The translations under genes and the position numbers were made by a program. Positions 36,501-48,684 of a stretch of DNA of 50,266 nucleotides are shown in pieces. Every line of letters begins with the position of its first letter. Positions within the stretch are counted from its first letter, which is position 1. Source of the stretch: Catajapyx aquilonaris (lineage: Eukaryota). The notes beneath the pieces are model-generated. The model was given only the letters and a program-made list of their open reading frames with translations, was not told where the DNA came from and did no database searches. The stretch lies in NCBI GenBank assembly GCA_000934665.2, contig KZ537990.1:124001-174266 (forward strand), written 5' to 3'.

Positions 36501-39500
36501 GCTAGCTTCAAATTGGTTCTGGGGCATGGGAAGGAATAAAAGACTATTTCACATTTCCCAGTATGCGTCACTCGGAAGTACTCAAGAGCAACGGCAATGA
36601 TTCAAAAGGGGGCATTATTTCTGCCAAAGGCTTATTACATCCAACTGAGATCAAGTTATATTGGAATTATCGAGGCTTTACTGTATTTGGTTTGCACACT
36701 ATCCAAACAAATGCGAAAAATCGTAGCGTTACTAGGGGACTAATGGTTCCATCTATTATAACTACGAGGGCTGGATATACAGTAGTGGCAACTTATGCTG
36801 CACAAACACTAGTTGGTGATAAGTGGTAGGTTGTGTAGAAAGAAAGACAGGCAGATGTGGTTTTGCAAGTTCATGGCATTAGGATACAAGTGCGGGAAGC
36901 TGTGAAGTTGTTTTCAAGCAGGAAAGCAATAAAGATGTGCTTACCATGATAGAGAAACATGCACGGATAAAAGTAGCGAAGTCAATGTTCAGGAATGTTC
37001 ACTACGCCTTCAGAAAGAATGTGCTGAATCATTGCCATATCAGATTGTGTCATGTTGCAAAGTTTAAAAAACCTCTGTGAGGGGAAAGTGTTTTCATGAA
37101 AGATATTCTATCTTCAACATACTGAGAAAAGCCACATCTTCACATTGCGATAGGGCCGTATGGGCCAGACAATGCCATAGGAAACATGACGCAATGTGAA
37201 AATGCGAGTCTTTTTTTTGAGGTAGGATGGTAGAATAGGACAGAATAGGTGCACTTTTCAACAAGGAAGGTTGTGCGGTTGGTGTCCATTACCTTCAAAA
37301 GGTGTGGCAAAAGGATGTGAACGAGGGATGGGATTTAAAGCTGAATTGCCCAATGAGAAATTCCATTGTGATACACAGACACATAGCTGCAATATTAATA
37401 TTATATCCAGAGCTCATATTCAATAGTAAACGACTACTGAATCAACCAAAGAGTTTTCAGTCACCCTGAAATAACATACGCAGTGTATTGGCATAGCAGT
37501 ACCATACCTAATGGACTAGATTTCCATTTGGCTTCCTTGTATTTGAGCCTGGAGGTAATTCTCTCTTCAAATGGTACACGTCCTTGTAATAGCTTATTCT
37601 GCTGCATAAGCCACTGCTCATACTGCTCCTGGTACTTCCGAAGCTCGCTCAGAGTCTTCTGCAAGGATCTGTGTGGTTGAAAAAAAAAAGTCATGATCAG
37701 TAAATCACTGCGATGAACCATACATTTTATTCTCACTTGCTACTAACTTCATTAGGAGTTACACTATTCATATTAAAACCTTCACCTCATGCAAGAAATA
37801 CCATGAGTTCTAACAATATATTATAGAACTTAAAAATATTGAAATGACATTCAAACAGCAGGCCAGCCAACTCACTTGTGTTGTGTTTCCAAAGCCTGCT
37901 CCAGCTTCTTGTGGCAGAGAACTGCATGCTTCCGCTGCTTAGCTTGATCTACATATTCTGACTTCAGTCTCATAACATTCTCGTAGCATGTGATTGACCT
38001 GTTGTAGTCAGCTAGTACTGCATAAATGTTCCCCAGCGTAAAGTGAGTCACAGGATCATCCGGAGAGTGATCAACTGCAGCATGAAGTACCAATGCCGCA
38101 GCCTCTGAGTTGCGAGTACGATGCAACACATTACCCAAGCTAACCAATGCTATGCTCTTATGTTCCCTGCAATTGAAGACAGTTCATGTAAGTAACGAAA
38201 ATGTGCTAAATCAGGCTTATGCATAAAAAACCCTGCCCAGGATGAGAGATAGTCACGAATTTACAGGGTGGTCCAACTAACATAAGCTGGTACAGTGTTG
38301 AATAAACCTCTCTTATGTGACTAACACCCAGAGCAATTAATTAAGTAGTGTTGTAATGTAGCATGTAGGTTTAACCTTCACACACACAGTGTAAATCAAT
38401 AGCAACTCAACCAAACAATTAAATATTTAGCGTGACCTCCACACACATATTGATTGATCTGGGTTGAGAACCATGCGTGTGCAGGGTCACTAAAATCACA
38501 ATACATACTCACACATTGTATACTAAAGAGCCGACAGAAAAACTCAATGCTACTTGAGCCATCACGTAAAATAAACAATTAACATGCAATTCAATCAGTG
38601 TCATCGGCATGATAATTTTGAAGCAAAAATAAAATTCGCATTGTAACATCATGGAACGAAGTGCAATTTTGCGATGAAAATTAGCGACAAAATGTTTAAC
38701 AATTATTTTTAATGACAACATTCAGCCTCGGTATAAAATATTTCACCGATCTTATGCAGATATACTTATTATGGTCATTTCTCTATTAATCATAAAGTGC
38801 TTCCAAATATAAAAAATGCACCTGTTGAATGACTCAGTTTAGAAATATATACATAACGTACCAGTGTTACAGTGTCTAGGGGAGCCATAAAAAAAGTATA
38901 TAAATGAGAGCAAACCATCTGGATTCCATATGTGCGTACTGTTTTCTAGGTCTCCATACAATTCACAGATGATGACTGACCTTGGTGAGAAATGCAGAGC
39001 TCTTCTCACGCATTCAATCGCATGAAAAACATCGCCTTGAATCCTCCAATAGACCGCAGCCTGATTGAAAGCAACCCAAGATAACGGGTCTGTCTCGAGA
39101 AGAAGCGCAATCTGATGTCCATACTCATGGACCTTCCCTCGCTTGTACACCAAATCCAGCAGACCTTCTTCTGATTCCATCGAGAGATTGCCTCGAGTCT
39201 TCATAGCCTGTCAAGAAACGATTTTCTTCAACTTTTCATTACCGCTAATGCGCAAATTACTTACGTCCAAATGTTCAAAGGCGTGCATGCTGAAGTCGAG
39301 TGGAACTGCAGATGTGCAAAACGGCTCTCTGAAATGGCCCTCGGGGAATCCAGATATCATCTCACCCAATCTGAAATTTGATTAACATCTTAATTGTAGC
39401 AATGAAATTGATTTGACCAATGTTAATGCATGGAAAAACCCTTCCATTTGTAATTGCAAGAAGTTATTGTTTACATTTATTTTTTTTACATGCTTCATGT

Positions 39501-40498
39501 TTGTTTGTCAACAAGCTTGCAGTTGCCCCACCAAAATAATTTCCTGCATAACATGCATTTGCATGAGGCAGCAATACGACTAGATAAAGCGCAATCTAGA
39601 GCGTACAAGCAGTGTGGCCAGATCACAAGTAATCATGAGATAAGGTAGCGTAAACACACTAAAAATTGTATCACACATCTTCAGGCAAATTAGACCATAC
39701 GTTTACCATAAAAAGGAACTCACGCAAACACATTGTGGCTGCCTCTAATGACGGTGCTGACGTAAAGGTCAAACTCGACCAGCGGCTTCCCAACGGCGAT
39801 GCAGTCCGGCTCCGTCCTCTGCAGCCTGGCCTCCAAATCCGTCTCCTTGTCCTCCTTCCGGTCGATATCCTCCTTCTGCTGCATCAGCTCCTTCCGCAAA
39901 TTCTCCACCAGATCAGCCCTCTTCTCCTGCTCCAACAGCGCCATCAGGTCGTACGGACGCCGGAGATGGAACACCGTATCCATCTGCAACCAAAAAACAA
40001 TCCCCCCGTTAAAACGATATTACAGTTAATAGCAGCGCAACCTGTTGCCACGGTGACCCATTGAAATCTGGACAAACAATCAAACAGCCTACCCGTGCAC
40101 AGTACAAACAAGCAAACTTTGCCTTTTATTAAATTATATATACAGTATAGGTCGATACAGTCAGCTGTTGGCACCCCTGCTGGTCACACGCGCTCAATCG
40201 CTATTGGCCGATTGGGATCACGTGACCGGCCATGGTTGCCAAACTCGAAGTTTTTCAACTACGTTCTGTTCAACTGTAATTATTATTAATTGTGCAAGTG
40301 TAACCCACCCCGTACTGAGAGTGTACACTTTTTTTTTTAAAATAGCGAGCATGCACCCACCTGCGCCTCGATCCTCCCGTTCTCGGTGACCACCCAGTGA
40401 GTGGCCGCCCCTGTCGGACAAGCCAGGGCGGCCCCTACTCCAAGCACCACCACCAGCTGTAGGGCGAGTCTCGTGGCCACAGCCGAGCACCGGGCCAT
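30556..40498 (-). CDS. TTC17: Tetratricopeptide repeat protein 17 (13 coding exons, ~1071 aa)
   Basis: Signal-peptide-like N-terminus followed by THWVVTENGRI, FHLRRPYDL, LDFSMHAFEHL and three YWR(I/V)xG TPR clusters typical of TTC17. Phase-consistent GT-AG exons: 40498-40361, 39983-39724, 39370-39265, 39207-38981, 38166-37876, 37668-37508, 36450-36036, 35888-35636, 35217-34993, 33721-33445, 33073-32839, 32280-32040, 30942-30556 (3216 nt, open to TGA). Confidence 0.93.
33792..34260. mobile_element. MITE with ~55-bp imperfect TIRs in TTC17 intron 9
   Basis: GGAGTAGACGTCGCATCATGTGATCAAAAGAGAAGTGACCCACCGAAAGCG versus the reverse complement of CGCTTTCAGTGGGTCGCTTCCCTTTTGATCACACGATGCGACACCTGCTCC. 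Confidence 0.75.
34407..34915. mobile_element. Non-autonomous piggyBac-type element in TTC17 intron 9
   Basis: TTAA|CCCTTTCATTCC ... GGAATGAAAGGG|TTAA: 12-bp TIRs beginning CCC with a TTAA target-site duplication (34403-34406, 34916-34919). Confidence 0.8.
35337..35407. repeat. Inverted repeat (21-bp arms) in TTC17 intron 8
   Basis: GATGAAACCAATTGTTTGGGG ... CCCCAAACAATTGGTTTCATC. Confidence 0.85.
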
Positions 40499-40800
40499 GG
40501 TTGTGGTGGAGATGGTGGTGGCCCACCCCAGCAGCTCAAAAGGAACCCCCGAAGTGGCCGGAACGACTTATCTTTCACCCACTGCCATTTTCGATTATTA
40601 TTTTTTTCGTTCTGAAAATAGCCGCTGTGCTTCCATCGGCCTTAGCTGGCTGATAGAAGCATAGCGGCTACCTGTCGAAATTGCGCATGCGTTGACTTTA
40701 AGCGGATAGTTCAAAATATGAAAAGTGAGTTAAATAAAAATATGAGAGGTGTTTTTAATTATTATTAATGAGTTTTTTTATTTTAATGAGCAGGTACGGG

Positions 40801-43800
40801 TTAATATTTGTTGTGGTTCATTTCGGTGTTGTCGTTAGTTGTGACGATGCTCTTTTTCCTTCTGCGCCATGATTCGACGTCGGCGACTGTTTCGGGCATC
40901 TTTTCGCCTCTTGTCTCCGGTAGCCAGAAGCAGACGACGCCGCACACCAGGGCGGACACACCGAATATGACGCTGGGTATGGCGCTGTGGTATGTGCCTA
41001 GCAGGTCCACAATGTAAGGAGCTGAGATGGATCCGCCTCTGGCCACCACAGAGGCACCACCTATTGCAACATTTCGTACAACAGTAGGCATCAGCTCAGT
41101 CACGTACAGGTACACTATTCCGAATGTGGACGAGATGCACAGCTTGCCCACCATCGACAGCATGACAATCACCCAAGACAGACCTGTCGATAAAGGCAAT
41201 CATTATAGCACATGTGGCACTGACAATATATTGGCAAAGTGTGATTCGAGTAGACTTTTTCTCATTGGGTGAATCAGAATCCGAAAACCGTTGGTGTACA
41301 CGGAAGGACAGAGCCTTTTTTCTATGAGAAAAAGTGTAAACGACGAAATGTACCTGAATCGCCCGCTGGTACTGCCAATATGAGGAGACACGCAGTACCG
41401 GTGATGATCAGGGTAATACAGGTCATCGGTTTCCTGCCGAACTTCTGAATGAGCGGTGCAGTGAACAGGTACGCCGGTACCTCCACAGCCCCCATGATGA
41501 ACGTGACCAGAAAAAGGTTGCCAGGCAGATTCGTCGCGTTGAGTGCAACACCGTAGTAAGCCAGGGCGACCACGAACCACGCAAAGTACGAGATCAGGAC
41601 CCTCCGACGCATCTCCGGAGTTCGGACCAATGTGATTAGACTGGACAATGCCAGCAGAAACCTCCGCCAAACAGTTCCAGGCTCCGGTTTTTCGTCAGAT
41701 GACCTGAACTTCTCAATAGCTGCGGTCAGTTGCTGGGGGTCATCTGGCAGCTTCATCCTGTTGAACTTGGCTGCCTTTTTGATGACCACTTCTGCCTCTT
41801 CGATACGCCCTTGTGAGACCAGCCATCTGGGTGACTCTGGTGCCAGCCAAAAGTACGACAGCAGGAGGATGTTAGGTACGGACATGGCCAGCTGGAGGTC
41901 ACGCCAGTCGCGTATCAGGTACGCGATACCAGGTAGTGCCATGTATCCGAACGAGAATGGGATTTGGTACAGCATGCTCATCAATGAACGCTTCTTGGAG
42001 CCGACCAGTTCCATCACTGAAATTAACATTGCTTATTATTGTAACGGTCCACACGACAACAATACTAAGACATACATAGCACAAATCCTCCGACGTATGC
42101 TCCTGTGACTCCCATAGCTACCAGCACTCGGAGTAAGATGAATACAACGTAGTTTGGAGAAAAGGCTGCTCCTATTGCACTGACTATTTGCAGAGAAGAA
42201 GCTGTCAGGAGGGCTGGTCGACGGCCAACCCTGCAGAATAATAATTACATTGTGAAGTTAACAGTTCAATGTTGTGCAGGTAAAAATATGGGTCAAATTA
42301 TACCTGTCTGAAAGCATTCCGAAGAACATGGCGCCGAGCAGAACTCCGACCATGTAAGTCCCTTGTATTGTTGACAACAATGCCTTACGGTCGCACACCA
42401 AATTCCACTAATAATGAAATATATTGAAATTGTATGAAAGTTGTACAATCTTAAATAATTTTTGTAGCTAAATAGGCGCACCTCTGAAACGGTTGTGGAA
42501 GTGTACATTGATGTGTCATAGTCCCATGAATGACAAGGCACGGTCTTAGGATGGGTCGTCTGTATGTACTCGAAGGCTTCATGGAAGCTCAAATTTGATA
42601 AATATGCGTAATCACGCTGGTACATGTTGCACTGACTCCATCCTTCCACGCCATTGTGGGATTCCCTAAAAAAATACAAAATGATAAGTGACACTCTCAT
42701 ATTACACTTTGAACAATCAATTATTGGTCTGATGAATGATCACAATCATGTCACATTCAGAAGAAAGATCTCTACATCACATTCTATGACAAGTTTTTTA
42801 AAATCTTCAGTCTCGGGTTTATTCACATGCAGTTATGCTGTTTATCTGCATGATTGGGCTGAAGGTCTCTCTGATTAGTCTACAGCTAAGTAAAGGTAAT
42901 TGCCGAGGGTTAAACCACTTACAAAATCAGGCATAAAAATTGTCACGTAATAATTGAGGAAAATCACAGTATAGCCTAATCAGGGAGGAGTGGGTATGAG
43001 GTACGGTATGCCTACTATAAAAATGACTGGAGGATATCACGCAACGCAAATAAAACTCGCACTGCTATTATTCACCTGCACAATGATTGCCACATGAATT
43101 GACGACCTTCATTCAGCATAACACATATAATTTATTACCACTATTATTCAGTCCTTCCAGACATTCTCGTCATATTCACACCAAAATGCCAATTATACGA
43201 TTCGAACTAATTTTTGGACACTGACCCCATCCAAAATATGAATATCGCCATCATGTATAGGTACCAAGGTAAGGAAATGTTATGTCGCTGCTCCCTAGTC
43301 CAGTTGACATTGAGGCCGTCCACGTGACACCAATGGTCAGGAACACCCCCCAAAAACAGCACTCCGAGGTCATGAAACGCGTTGAAAAACGCGGCAGCAG
43401 ATAAACACATGTAAGTGCCAACAAGCCATGGTCCTAATTTCCCTGTTGTGGCTTCTAACTCACTGAAACTACACTGCTGTCCAGACGACTCTAAGTTCGA
43501 CTTATTGTTCTTGTTCCCGTCCATCACTCGCACCCAATCGCAAATCACTCACAAGTGGACTAATAGGTCTAGGTGCACTGTGCTTATATCTCAATCCATT
43601 ATCACCTGGGAATTCCGACCTTCCTCTTCTCCTGCTGGGTCCAGTTGGCACCAAATAGATCAGGAAGAGAGCAGGTATGGTCCTGGTTAGCGCCTAGAAA
43701 TAGTACGCCCATACCGTGCCAGGAAGAGAACATAACGTTCATCATAAGGGCTATTGACACCACTATTTGCCATGGTCCCAGCTGACCCAGAAGGTCATCG

Positions 43801-43823
43801 TATTCTATGCGACCGCTTTCCAT
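40801..43823 (-). CDS. SLC22 / organic cation transporter (Orct-like MFS protein), isoform with first exon 1a, ~568 aa
   Basis: SLC22 motifs: LGPWQ..DHx[56 protein letters not shown]. Exons 43823-43606, 42665-42482, 42407-42304, 42230-42076, 42016-41354, 41183-40801, all GT-AG and phase-consistent (1707 nt). Confidence 0.92.
43265..43524 (-). CDS. Alternative first coding exon 1b of the SLC22 transporter (gives a ~582-aa isoform)
   Basis: MDGNK...GKLGPWLV...[19 protein letters not shown]...[13 protein letters not shown] is paralogous to exon 1a. It ends TG|GTACC in phase 2, splicing in frame to exon 2 at 42665. Confidence 0.8.
43558..43588 (-). promoter_or_regulatory. TATA + Inr core promoter for SLC22 exon 1b
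   Basis: Minus strand TATAAG (43588-43583) and Inr-like TTAGTC (A at 43561), 27 nt apart; the Inr A is 37 nt upstream of the exon 1b ATG. Confidence 0.5.
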
Positions 43824-44399
43824 TGCAGACTTCGCACATGTGCTGAGTTTCTCGCGTGATAATTCTCCCTGTCAGGTATTCGCATTTTGAATATTAGTAT
43901 TGAAATCTTCCGGCTGTTAAATCGCAAGACCTTGACCCCTATTGGGCAAGCTAGAATCCGCGTGTGAGGGTTATACAGATGTTGTTCAGATCAAGAGGGT
44001 GCAAAGTGCAGATTTACGGCTGATTGAAAAGGCAGTGCTGCACCATCCAGGTGTTACATGTGTCGGCTTTTATCAATCATGAATGATAACGAGACTCATA
44101 AACCACACTTTAATGAGAAAAGAAATCACAATCATGTAACTGTAAAATGTGCAATGAGAGCTAGTAGCATTGTGATGTGGCCGAGCATGCTTTTGTGTAA
44201 AAATTTGCTATCGTAATTTATTGTAACCACAAATGGACGGCACTGGTATGTAATGTCAACCAACAAAAATCTCAATATTGAGCTAAGCATGCTGACAGGC
44301 ATTTCACAAAATCTAAAAATTGGACATTACCTTTGTACATACCTTAAGAGAAAAAGAATCGTCAACTACGATAACTGTTGAAATTAGCTTCTTAAATAA

Positions 44400-45170
44400 A
44401 TAGCTAGCCCTTTTTTACCAAGCTCAATATTTCCCTGGTAGACTGGTACTCCTTGTATTTGATACTCCAGTGTACGTACACTTTTCAGTGGAGTAGGTAA
44501 CCCCCCTTGTGTTGTGACATACTGAAAGTTAAGAGTAGAGATTTAATAGGCCTACCTTATTGTATTTAGAACACGTTAAGATTGCCAATTTTTGTCGTTG
44601 TGAACTGTACAATTAATAATAAACACCTTGAAAAACTAGGTCTTAGTTAGTTTAGATGCCTTTTGTAGGCCAAGTATATTTGATAACTTCTCGTCTAGAC
44701 TCCCAGATCATGAAGGATTCATACAATGGAATGATAGTTCATACGATATGTGAAGGGGAGTACAAGCCTAATCATGACACACCCCTTCGATAACATACCT
44801 CTGTAATCAAAACTGTCATTTCGTTAATCAATTTTTAATTGGTGATAATATATAATGCATAATATTTGTAACATGTGCCATAGATTCACTGGCGTATTTG
44901 CTTTCAGAGAACCAAGGTTGGCACATAATTATCTTTCCTAACTGTCCGATTCATTATAAAAGTATTTTCAAGTACAATAAGTAAGGGTGATAATAAATAA
45001 ACAGCAGGTAATGATTCACCATATTCTCTGCATTTGGCCGGAAAGTTCCGGTCAGCTAACTGCAAAGAATCAATTTGAGTTGGATATACAATCTCTATTC
45101 CAATCAAATTTCTGGATCGTGCTGCAATAATCAAGTCATGTATGGTCATTAGCACTTTTAAAACTGACAA
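44400..45170 (-). mobile_element. Highly decayed non-LTR retrotransposon (LINE) reverse transcriptase remnant
   Basis: Minus-strand translations give, in RT order, LSPLLIVLEN (cf. PL..lfN), SLDEKLSNILGLQKAS (cf. lD...lDl.KAFD, ~44655-44700) and QGVPVYQGNIELG (cf. GVPQGS.LG, ~44420-44455); the frames are broken. Confidence 0.3.
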
Positions 45171-45289
45171 AACTGCGTTGGAGATAAACTTCAGTCACGC
45201 ACATCCAGTCCATTCACACTGTAGTGTCGACAAAGCCTGAAGATGATGGACATAATTATTCATTTGTTTGTTTGTTTGTCCGGAAAAGG

Positions 45290-45480
45290 CTAAAATTCAA
45301 ACGCCGCGCCATGCGTTCACTAAACGGTGACGTCACAGCCGGCTTCCTGAGCCCGCTGAATTTTAACTTAATTAATGAACCCCGCCCCTCTTAATTAATA
45401 TTTTAATCCCAATTATGCTGACATAACCGCCTAATTGAGATGACCCGAGCATGATGTCACATTTGGTGACGTCCCACACT
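45290..45480 (+). promoter_or_regulatory. RMND1 proximal promoter region
   Basis: TGACGTCA at 45328 and GC-box CCCGCCCC at ~45381, just upstream of ATG 45492. Confidence 0.4.
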
Positions 45481-45491
45481 CAAAAATAATA

Positions 45492-47001
45492 ATGGCCGTG
45501 GTGAGAAGCGTGTTTCTGTGTGTGACCCACCTGACCCGACCCTGCAGCCGGACACTGCTTCTGTCCAGCCACCGGACAGTGTCCAGTCGACCCCTGCCTG
45601 ACCTGACCTCCTTGAAGAACAAGCGTCTGCAGACCAAGAGGAGGCCCCAGCCGCAGGTGGTGGTTGAGCCACCGCAGCAGGATGGGGACGACAAGAGGGC
45701 CATGGTGGACCCTCTACAGGCACCGGGATGGCAGGTAAAAAATCATATCTCAAAATGTTTGGACAAAATGATAATTTCTGTACGTAAAGGTGATGGCGTA
45801 TACGACTGCGGAGGAGTACGACCTGGAGTCGCTGGGGCCTGCGTTGTGCTCGCAGGGTTTGTACACTGCCAGCTCCAAGGCGGAGGACATACATGATGTG
45901 CTGCATGTGACGGCGAGGTACACCACGGGCGGGCAGGAGTCCAGGCAGGTGTACTTGTTCCGGGAGGGATCCATCGTGTTCTGGAATGTGCCGGAGATGG
46001 AGCGGACCAATTTGCTGCAGTTTGTGCGCGGATATGAGAGCATGTCGCATGACGACACGCTTGTTGCTTCTGAGTCGGAGCGTATGGTGTACGCCTATAG
46101 CGACTCAGCCAAGACCAGGTGTGTATCCTGGACACTCTTGATTTAACGACACTAATTAATGCGATTCGTAACAGGTTGTTGAATGATAAGATTCTGCTGA
46201 ACGGCGAGGGTGCGCTGGATCTAGAGAAGTACACGTTTTCAAATGCGCTGGCACGGTCGGTCAAATTGGGTGTGTGGGAGGCGACTTTGGATCGGTTTGT
46301 GGAGGATATGGAGGAAGTGGTGGAGGCCCTGAAGAAGAGTGGACGAGTGCAGATGGGACGGCAGGAGGTACTGCGCAAATCTGGAGAGCTGTTTACACTT
46401 AGGCATCTCATGAACCTCACCTCGGACTTGCTCTCGACACCTGATTTCTACTGGGACAGGGAGAACCTTGAGGCGCTCTACAAGAAAATGTGCAACCATC
46501 TCAACATTCCAAATAGGACTTCGGTTAGTATGACCAGGAGTACTTAAAAGCCACGTTTACGTGTGAGTGATTTCCTCAGCGATGTTGCAGTTATCACATC
46601 ACTGAGCAATGGGACGAAAATATATTGTTACCACGATTGTTACTTTCGCTCAGCAATATCATCGCTGCTCACATGTAAACGCTGCTTAACACTTTACTTT
46701 ATCTCTGCATTTTAGAATGGAAAATGTAGCACATGAAAAGAATAGTTGTAACTGCAGGGACCTTTCGACGAATGCACATGAATCACAAAGTTTATTATCA
46801 CAGTGGAAAATAATACTTCTCCGCTGCATCTGTTGAGTTAATTCATTGCAGGTAATGAATGAGAAGCTGAACTATTGTTGCCAACTGGTGGAGCTGCTGT
46901 CGTCGCACTTGCAAGACAGGCATCATGTCCGGCTTGAATGGATGATCATAGTTCTCATCATGGTTGAGGTCGTCTTTGAGTTGCTGCATTTTGTCAAATG
47001 A
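45492..47001 (+). CDS. RMND1: Required for meiotic nuclear division protein 1 homolog (mitochondrial, DUF155), ~356 aa
   Basis: Arg/Ser-rich mitochondrial-presequence-like N-terminus; AYTTAEEYDL, FREGSIVFWNV, LEKYTFSNALARSVKLGVWE, DLLSTPDFYWDRENLE, RLEWMIIVLIMVEV. Exons 45492-45734, 45790-46118, 46175-46523, 46852-47001 (TGA), phase-consistent. Confidence 0.94.
46544..46689. mobile_element. Small MITE in RMND1 intron 3
   Basis: TTAA..GCCACGTTTACGTGTGAG ... CTCACATGTAAACGCTGC|TTAA imperfect terminal inverted repeats. Confidence 0.55.
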
Positions 47002-48018
47002 GCTCAGTTGCATCGGGAGTGAATGAAGTGTCTTGCACAACTAGGGCATGCATCACATTAGATATCAATAGAAACGGGATGAACTTTTTCATCAGCACTT
47101 TACAACTTGATAATAATATAATTAGTCAGTTGAATATTGATGCACGCGGTATTTGTCTAAGACTTGTCACAATTGAAGCAGTCAATGATGTGCTTCAAAT
47201 GTACGTTGGTTAATAAGATGATATAATTGCCAAGAGGGTAATTTACGACATGGGCATGTCAGTGGTTTTAGGAGACGTGCTGATTGATTTGTTTGGTGGC
47301 AGGACTACCATCCCTAAACCTACTAGTGTGCCTATTGATGCGCCGATCTGGTTCCTGTACTGTATGGCCATTAAAACTCTGATTTTGATTAGAAGTATCT
47401 GATGAAGGTCTGTGTCAGTTGGTGTGAATTCTGCGGTTGGTCTTCACTGGTACGTACCAAAATTGTTTCTTTACTTTTCTTCGTGACGTCATTGGTACCT
47501 GAACCAGAGAGGCGGCAGCACTATTATGGTTCAGGAAACCTCATTTTTCATGCTGTTGTGGCTACATACCATTACAGTCCTTCATACTCTAGGTGCTTGG
47601 TTCGGTGATTACAAATTTTTGTTTACTTTAATACCTTAGCCTAAGTGTTAATTTGAAGAGATTTGTAAGTATTTATTTTGTGATGGTTGCGACATTAAAA
47701 ATTTTTGCTACTGAAGGTAATTATGATTTTGCTTGCAACACTTAGCTGTGGTGTTTGTCATGACCGTTTTTTGGGGGGAATAACTCCACTGCATTAGGCC
47801 TACCCAGTTCTTCAGTTTCTGGATGATGTTTTGGCAGAACAAATTCCTGAGTTTCGCACAGTCTCTTTTCAAGAACAATGGTAAGGAAGATATTGTTACC
47901 AATAATTGAAGTTTCCCTCACAAATTATGTTTTTCTGACAACAATTCTGATTCAGCGTTTCAAGATTGAAGTGGACATGTTTAGCATCAGAAGTGATAAT
48001 TTCGCTGCCACTTTAATA

Positions 48019-48684
48019 TTAGGGTGAATCTTCCGTCCTGGACGTCTGGGGAAGATACTGCTGAACTCAGAGACTTGAAACTTCTACCAGAGCAAGATAG
48101 TATCAATACCTGCTAAATGCTTAGGTAAGAGTTTGCTCTCGCATATCGCGCATACCACTCACACCGCCACAGCAAATTCAAGACGGCAGGAGCCCTGACA
48201 AGTGTGTCCAAGCAGGATGAGCTCATTGTACTTCAATTTCTGATGGCTGAGGGCAATAGACCTGTGGAAATCCATCGGTAGATGCTTATGGTGTATGGTC
48301 CCTGCTGCATGGCAAAGACGACTTTCGTGGAATGGTGCTGGCATTGGAGAAGTTCCAGTGACACTCTCATACGCAGCTCCCTCTGCTCTGCAGTCAGGAG
48401 CTTTGGGCTGAGTGTGCTGTCCTGGGTGTTGACAGTTTGAGTTGATTCAGAAGGCATCCACCTGAGTGAATCTGGCAACCCGCTGGCTCCATAGCACGAT
48501 GCTAGCGCCAGCGGAAACTCTGTATGTACGCTACCGTGACCGTAAGGCTTGGGTGGGAGTTGCGGATGACTGCAGACTCTTACCTATGAATATAGAATCA
48601 TGCTGTGGGGCAAGTTTCAAGTCTCTGAGTTCAGGAGCATCCACTCCAGATGGCATGAAAGGGTTTCATTTGATTCACCCTCAT
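48019..48684 (-). mobile_element. Internally deleted mariner-family element
   Basis: Inverted ends AGGGTGAATC (48021) / GATTCACCCT (48672-48681); shared inverted subterminal block CTGAACTCAGAGACTTGAAACTT (48061-48083 versus ~48612-48634); internal minus-strand peptide PKLLTAEQRELRMRVSLELL (~48406-48347) resembles the mariner WVPxxL...QxxxR...LL linker. Confidence 0.7.

Noticed and set aside
45457..46420. Long minus-strand ORFs (197 and 225 aa) overlapping RMND1
   Set aside because: Antisense shadows of the GC-rich RMND1 exons, with no independent protein features.
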